A stretch of DNA of 64,000 bases, from positions 32,001-96,000 of the forward strand of contig CBDCXM010000003.1 of assembly GCA_965223855.1 (NCBI GenBank), given 5' to 3'. Shown here piece after piece: positions 59,151 to 64,000 of this stretch. Positions within the stretch are counted from its first letter, which is position 1. Each line of letters begins with the position of its first letter. The notes beneath the pieces are model-generated. The model was not told where the DNA came from, ran no database searches, and saw only the letters and a program-made list of their open reading frames with translations. Source of the stretch: Candidatus Multivoradales bacterium (GTDB lineage Bacteria > Acidobacteriota > Thermoanaerobaculia > Multivoradales > JAHEKO01). The translations under genes were made by a program, and so were the position numbers.

Positions 59151-60256
59151 GCGAGCGCACGGCGGTCGCGATGAGCGGCGGCCTCGACTCCTCGGTCGTC
59201 GCCTGGCTGCTGTCGCGAGACGACCCGGGTGTCATCGGCCTGTCGATGCTCCTGTGGGACGAGTCCGGGGCCGGCCCCGGCAGCGTGCCCGCTGCGGGCC
59301 GTTGCTGCGGCGCCCTCGACCTGGGCGACGCGCGGCGGGTGGCCGAGCAGTGCGGCATCGCTCACTACACCATCGAGATGGAGGACGACTTCCGCCGTGA
59401 GGTGGTCGATCCGTTCGTCGATGCCTATCTCGACGGCCGGACGCCGGTGCCCTGCACGCGGTGCAACACCTTCATCAAGTTCGACCGCTTCGTCGAGCGG
59501 GCGCGGCGCCTCGGCGCCGGCACGATCGCCACCGGGCACTACGCCCGCGTCGAGCAGGGTGACGACGGATGGGAGCTTCACGCCGCGATCGACGGGGACA
59601 AGGACCAGAGCTACTACCTTTTCGAGCTCACGCAGGAGCAGCTCGCCGTCAGCCACTTCCCGCTCGGTCACCGCCGCAAGTCCGAGATCCGCGAGCTCGC
59701 CCGCGAGGCCGGCCTGCTCGTCGCCGAGAAGGGGGAGAGCATGGAGCTGTGCTTCGTCTCCGGCTCGGTGCGCGAGTTCGTAGAGGAGCAGGCGGCGAAC
59801 CACCCCGATCGCTACTCCCGCCCTGTCGGGGGCGACGACAGCCGCCTCGTAGACCGGGACGGCAACACCCTCGGCAGCGGCGAGCCCTACTACCGCTACA
59901 CCGTGGGACAGCGGCGGGGTCTCGGGCTGACCAGTCCGAGTCCGCTCTACGTCCTCGGTGTCGAGCCCGATTCCAACGAGGTGAGAGTCGGAGACGCCGA
60001 GGCGCTCGATGCCAACGGCCTCCTCGGCACTCCGGCGCACTGGATCGGCTCGCAGCCGGCGGGCGAGGTCGAGGCGACGGTCCGGATCCGATCCCGCCAT
60101 GCCGGGGTCGAGAGCCGCATCCGGATGAGGAGCGACGGCACGACCGAGGTCCGCTTTGCGGAGCCTCAGCGCAGCGTCGCTCCCGGACAGGCGGCGGTCT
60201 TCTACCAGGGGACGAGGGTGCTCGGCGGTTGCTGGATCGAGGCCTCGCTCGACTGA
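59147..60256 (+). CDS. mnmA: tRNA 2-thiouridine(34) synthase
   Basis: AMSGGLDSS, TP.PC..CN..IKF, ATGHYAR, KDQSY, ES.ELCF, YTVGQRRG, PGQ. Confidence 0.96.
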   Translation: MSERTAVAMSGGLDSSVVAWLLSRDDPGVIGLSMLLWDESGAGPGSVPAAGRCCGALDLGDARRVAEQCGIAHYTIEMEDDFRREVVDPFVDAYLDGRTPVPCTRCNTFIKFDRFVERARRLGAGTIATGHYARVEQGDDGWELHAAIDGDKDQSYYLFELTQEQLAVSHFPLGHRRKSEIRELAREAGLLVAEKGESMELCFVSGSVREFVEEQAANHPDRYSRPVGGDDSRLVDRDGNTLGSGEPYYRYTVGQRRGLGLTSPSPLYVLGVEPDSNEVRVGDAEALDANGLLGTPAHWIGSQPAGEVEATVRIRSRHAGVESRIRMRSDGTTEVRFAEPQRSVAPGQAAVFYQGTRVLGGCWIEASLD

Positions 60257-60417
60257 GCGGTCGGGGTAGGCCCCGTCGGGTTGGCCGACTGTGGGAGGCC
60301 AGGTTGCCGGACATTGGAAGGCCGGGTTGCCCGACCGTCGAAATACCCGCAGCCCTCGTCGACGTTCTTGCCGACAGGCCCGTACCAGCCTGACCGTCTC
60401 AGGCTAGGATGACATCC

Positions 60418-62940
60418 ATGCCTCACCGCCTCCGCCTTCCCCTCGTCCTGCTGTTGACGCTCGCGCTCGCCCTGCCGTGGGCCGCGGAGGCGAAGCGGCC
60501 GAAGGACGAGGAGCTGGAGGCTCTGCCCGAGCGTTATCGGCACTGGCTCGCTTCGGTGGAGCTCATCATCTCGGAGCAGGAAGTCGAGTCGTTCCTCGCC
60601 ATCGAGGAGGACTACCAGCGCGACGCCTTCATCGAGCGCTTCTGGCGCACACGGGATCCCTATCCCGACACCGCCCGCAACGAGTTCCGCGAGCGCTACG
60701 AGCAACGGGTCGAGGAGGCGCTGCTGCGGTTCGGATCGACCACCACCGAGCGCGCCCGGATCCTGCTGCTCAACGGCACGCCGGATGCCATCGTGCCGAT
60801 CGACTGCTCCGACCTTTGGCCCGCCGAGGTCTGGTACTACTCGCGGGCCGAGACTCTCGGCTCCGAGGTGCTGCTGCTGTTCCTCAACCACTGGGGATCG
60901 GGCAAATGGAGGATGTGGCAGGTGGGGCCGATGGGAGACATGCTGCGCTTCGGCGGCATGTCGACGCCCACCGGCACGGTCGTTCAGGCGATCCAGGACA
61001 CCTGCTCCTTCAGCGAACAGGAGGCGCTTTTTGCCGTCTTCGCCTTCGTGCAGAAGGCGGGCGGCAACATGGGCTACACGTCGCTGACCGCCGAGATGCA
61101 GCAGAACCCGGAGACGCCGAGCGGCGAGTGGGTGGCGACTTTCCACGCCTACTCGACCCAGCTCGATGACGCCATCGAGCGCATGCCGGTCGAGGTCGAG
61201 GTGACCTACCCCGGCCGCAACCAGAGCCGCACGATCACCCACGTTCTGGCCACCGTACCGAAGGCGAACGTCGGACAGGCGGAACTCGCAGGCCACCGCT
61301 CCTACAATCTGCTGGCGACGGGTGAGATCCTGCGCGAGGACCGGCTGTTCGAGAACTTCCGCTACCGCTTCAACCTCTCCGACACCGAGGTACCCGGCGA
61401 GACCATACCGATGGTGCTCGAGAGGAGCCTGCGTCCGGGCGACTACAAGCTGATCCTCAAGATCGAAGATCTCAACAGCGGCAAGGCCCAGCGGATCACG
61501 CGCGATCTGTCCGTGCCCGAGGTCGACCGACTGCCGCCGACGATCGTGGACGAGGAGACCCGGCTGCTCTTCGAGGAGGCGAACCGGGCGATCTCGACCA
61601 CCGACAACACGATCGCGCTGGTCGAGCCCTACGGCGACCTGCAGGCGGGTCTGCTGCGCATCGACACCCTCACCACCGGCCGGGACATCGACCACGTCAC
61701 CTTTTCCATGGAGGGTCGTCCGATCCTCACCAAGCGGCAGGCTCCCTTCAGCGTGGAGCTCGACCTCGGGGACATGCCGCGGATGCGGACACTCACGGCG
61801 ATCGCCTACGACGCCACGGGCGAAGAGCTCGCCCGCGATCAGATGGTGCTCAACGCCAGCTCCCATCGCTTCGATGTCCGCCTCATCGAACCGCGCCGGG
61901 GCGGTCGCTACGAGCAGAGCCTGCGCGCCGAGGCACGGGTCGAGGTCCCGGAGGGCAGGGTCGTCGAGCGGGTCGAGTTCTACCTCAACGAGACCGAGAT
62001 CGCGACCCTCTATCAGGAACCGTGGGTCCAGCCGATCCTGCTGCCTCCTGGCGAGGAGCTCGCCTACGTGCGGGCGGTCGCCTACCAGCCCGACGGCAAC
62101 TCGACCGAGGACCTGGTCTTCGTCAACGCCCCGGACTATCTGGAGGAAGTGGACATCCAGTTCGTCGAGCTCTACATCGCGGTGCTCGACCAGAACCGGC
62201 GGCCGGTCGAAGGGCTGTCCGAGACCGATTTCGTGATCGAGGAGGACGGGGTCGAGCAGACGCCGATGCGCTTCGACGTCGTCTCCAACCTGGCGATCCA
62301 CGCCGGCATCCTGCTCGACGTCTCGGCCTCGATGGAAGAGAACCTCGAGGACTCCAAGCAGGCGGCGCTCGCCTTCTTCGAGCAGACGATCACGCCGCGC
62401 GACCGGGCCACGCTCATCACCTTCAACGACACCCCGTTCCTGGCGACCAAGTTCACCAACCGGCTCCAGGATCTCGGAAAGGGGCTCGCCGGCCTCAAGG
62501 CCGAGCGGGGGACGTCGCTCTACGACAGCCTGATCTTCGCGCTCCACTACTTCAACGGCATCAAGGGGCAGCGGGCGTTGATCGTCCTTTCCGACGGTCA
62601 GGACGAAAGCAGCCGCTTCAGCTTCGAGGACACGCGCGAGTTCGCTCAACGCGCCGGCGTCGCCGTCTACGCCGTCGGCCTCGCCCTCGACAACAAGCAG
62701 CGCGACGCGCGGCGCAAGCTGACGAAGATCGCCGAGGAAACCGGCGGCCGGTCGTTCTTCATCGACGACGCCTCCGAGCTGACCTCGATCTACGCCACGA
62801 TCCAGAACGAGCTCCGAAGCCGCTACTACCTCGCCTACCAGTCGACCAACACCTCACCCGACGAGGAGTTCCGGTCGATCGAGGTCGAACTGTCGCAACG
62901 CGACCTCGAAGCGAAGACGCTGCGGGGCTACTACCCATGA
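60418..62940 (+). CDS. GWxTD-domain + Ig-like + VWA domain protein (Acidobacteria type), secreted
   Basis: Signal peptide; FIERFW.TRDP...NEF..Y..RV...T.R.RI...G.PD; VWA DVSASM, GTSLYD, LSDG; ends TLRGYYP. Start 60409 or 60418. Confidence 0.85.
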   Translation: MPHRLRLPLVLLLTLALALPWAAEAKRPKDEELEALPERYRHWLASVELIISEQEVESFLAIEEDYQRDAFIERFWRTRDPYPDTARNEFRERYEQRVEEALLRFGSTTTERARILLLNGTPDAIVPIDCSDLWPAEVWYYSRAETLGSEVLLLFLNHWGSGKWRMWQVGPMGDMLRFGGMSTPTGTVVQAIQDTCSFSEQEALFAVFAFVQKAGGNMGYTSLTAEMQQNPETPSGEWVATFHAYSTQLDDAIERMPVEVEVTYPGRNQSRTITHVLATVPKANVGQAELAGHRSYNLLATGEILREDRLFENFRYRFNLSDTEVPGETIPMVLERSLRPGDYKLILKIEDLNSGKAQRITRDLSVPEVDRLPPTIVDEETRLLFEEANRAISTTDNTIALVEPYGDLQAGLLRIDTLTTGRDIDHVTFSMEGRPILTKRQAPFSVELDLGDMPRMRTLTAIAYDATGEELARDQMVLNASSHRFDVRLIEPRRGGRYEQSLRAEARVEVPEGRVVERVEFYLNETEIATLYQEPWVQPILLPPGEELAYVRAVAYQPDGNSTEDLVFVNAPDYLEEVDIQFVELYIAVLDQNRRPVEGLSETDFVIEEDGVEQTPMRFDVVSNLAIHAGILLDVSASMEENLEDSKQAALAFFEQTITPRDRATLITFNDTPFLATKFTNRLQDLGKGLAGLKAERGTSLYDSLIFALHYFNGIKGQRALIVLSDGQDESSRFSFEDTREFAQRAGVAVYAVGLALDNKQRDARRKLTKIAEETGGRSFFIDDASELTSIYATIQNELRSRYYLAYQSTNTSPDEEFRSIEVELSQRDLEAKTLRGYYP

Positions 62941-63527
62941 GCCGGCTCATCCTCGCCTCCGGCTCGCCGCGGCGCCGCGACATCCTCGAACAGCTCGGCT
63001 TCGACTTCGAGGTGCGACCGGTCGATCTCGACGAGTCGCGACTCGAGGGCGAGGACGCGATGGCCTACGTCTCCCGCCTGGCGAAGGCGAAGTGCCGGGC
63101 CGAAGCCCGCCCCGGAGAGCTCGTCCTGGCGGCCGACACGATCGTCGCGATCGACGGCCATCTGCTGGGGAAGCCGAAGGACGAGGCCGACGCTCGCGGC
63201 ATGCTGAAACGACTGTCGGGCCGTGAGCACCAGGTGGCGACCGGCGTCGCCGTCTTCGACGTCGACAGCGACCTCGTCGAGCACGCCGTCGTCTCGACGA
63301 CCGTGGCCTTCAACCCTCTGAGCGACACCGAGATCGACTGGTACGTCGCCAGCGGCGAGCCGATGGACAAGGCGGGCGGCTACGCCATTCAGGGCCTCGG
63401 CCGCCTCTTCGTCGGCCGCATCGACGGCAACTACACCAACGTCGTCGGCCTGCCGGTGCCGACCGTCTACGCGCTCCTCACCCGGCTCGGCGCCACCGAG
63501 CTGCCCGCGTTCCCGCCGGCGAACTGA
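62937..63527 (+). CDS. maf: Maf family nucleoside triphosphate pyrophosphatase
   Basis: LILASGSPRR, ADT.V, GKP, DKAGGYAIQG, G.YTNVVGLP; ATGA overlap. Confidence 0.95.
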   Translation: MSRLILASGSPRRRDILEQLGFDFEVRPVDLDESRLEGEDAMAYVSRLAKAKCRAEARPGELVLAADTIVAIDGHLLGKPKDEADARGMLKRLSGREHQVATGVAVFDVDSDLVEHAVVSTTVAFNPLSDTEIDWYVASGEPMDKAGGYAIQGLGRLFVGRIDGNYTNVVGLPVPTVYALLTRLGATELPAFPPAN

Positions 63528-63530
63528 GCG

Positions 63531-63803
63531 TCAGCCGGGTGTTTCGGAAGGCGTCTCGTCCCGAGGCGCTGAATCCACTCCCGAGTCGCCCCCAGCGTCG
63601 CCGTGCGGCGCGACCTTGTGCGTGCGGACGTAGTAGAAGAGGTACAGACCGAACGCGATCAGGACCACTCCGATGATGTTGTGGATCAGGTCCGAGAACA
63701 CGAGCAGCAACCCACCCGCGGCTACGTCCACCGCTGCAGCGGTGTTGATGACGGCTCCAGTCGGCGGATCGTGATCCTTGATTGTGCTTCCACCGTTGCC
63801 CAT
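63531..63803 (-). CDS. Small hypothetical membrane protein (2 TM)
   Basis: AGGAGG RBS upstream of ATG 63803; two hydrophobic segments. Confidence 0.6.
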   Translation of the reverse strand: MGNGGSTIKDHDPPTGAVINTAAAVDVAAGGLLLVFSDLIHNIIGVVLIAFGLYLFYYVRTHKVAPHGDAGGDSGVDSAPRDETPSETPG

Positions 63804-63893
63804 TCGGCACCTCCTGGCTGCGGCACCTCACCGGCGCCGACTCTTCGAGACTGTTGGTATTGGGATTGGCGTCAGTCTAGCAGCGAGCCATCC

Positions 63894-64000
63894 TCAAGAA
63901 CTGGCTCCGATGAGAACGAACGGCGCCCAATAGTAGGGATGCGAATGCACGCCGCTCCTCATGTGCTCGAGCTTCGCCCTTCGCAGTGCCTCGGCCGAGC
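63894..64000 (-). CDS. C-terminus of a CHAT (caspase-like) domain protein, partial
   Basis: Manual translation SAEALRRAKLEHMRSGVHSHPYYWAPFVLIGASS*. The A.AL..A....HPYYWA.F.L.G pattern is the typical CHAT C-terminal motif. Confidence 0.8.
   Translation of the reverse strand, partial: SAEALRRAKLEHMRSGVHSHPYYWAPFVLIGASS

Overview
High-GC (~70% by eye) bacterial chromosomal window, probably Acidobacteriota (Thermoanaerobaculia-like). That placement is inferred from the GWxTD+VWA, wHTH-TolB-TPR and carboxypeptidase-regulatory-repeat proteins. Left to right: (1) a nitrate/NO block (partial di-heme cytochrome c, narK, ric/ytfE); (2) a GNAT - BoxB-like di-iron - pdxH operon; (3) a polysaccharide deacetylase whose 429-bp internal segment is exactly duplicated 4.1 kb downstream, bracketing two Thr-type sulfatase-like lipoproteins and a truncated gene; (4) a PQQ-type beta-propeller, an S9 peptidase and a wHTH-TPR regulator; (5) a ~20 kb glycogen cluster (glgX, malQ, glgP, GH13, glgC, glgA) interleaved with FIVE ATP-grasp ligases of three subfamilies, two alpha/beta-hydrolase esterases (one with an E-set/CBM48-like N-domain) and an S51-like peptidase. 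This is the best candidate for an uncharacterised system, possibly glucan acylation/peptidylation or a peptide reserve coupled to glycogen; (6) housekeeping/envelope genes (hflX, comF, prfA, prmC, murA, Slt, SurA-like, rsmI, iscS-like, mnmA, maf), plus a sigma54 two-component system preceded by an 81-bp tandem array rich in CTGANTCAG palindromes, and a partial CHAT-domain gene at the right edge. No rRNA, tRNA, CRISPR, integrase or transposase was recognised. All calls come from reading motifs by eye; no database searches were run.
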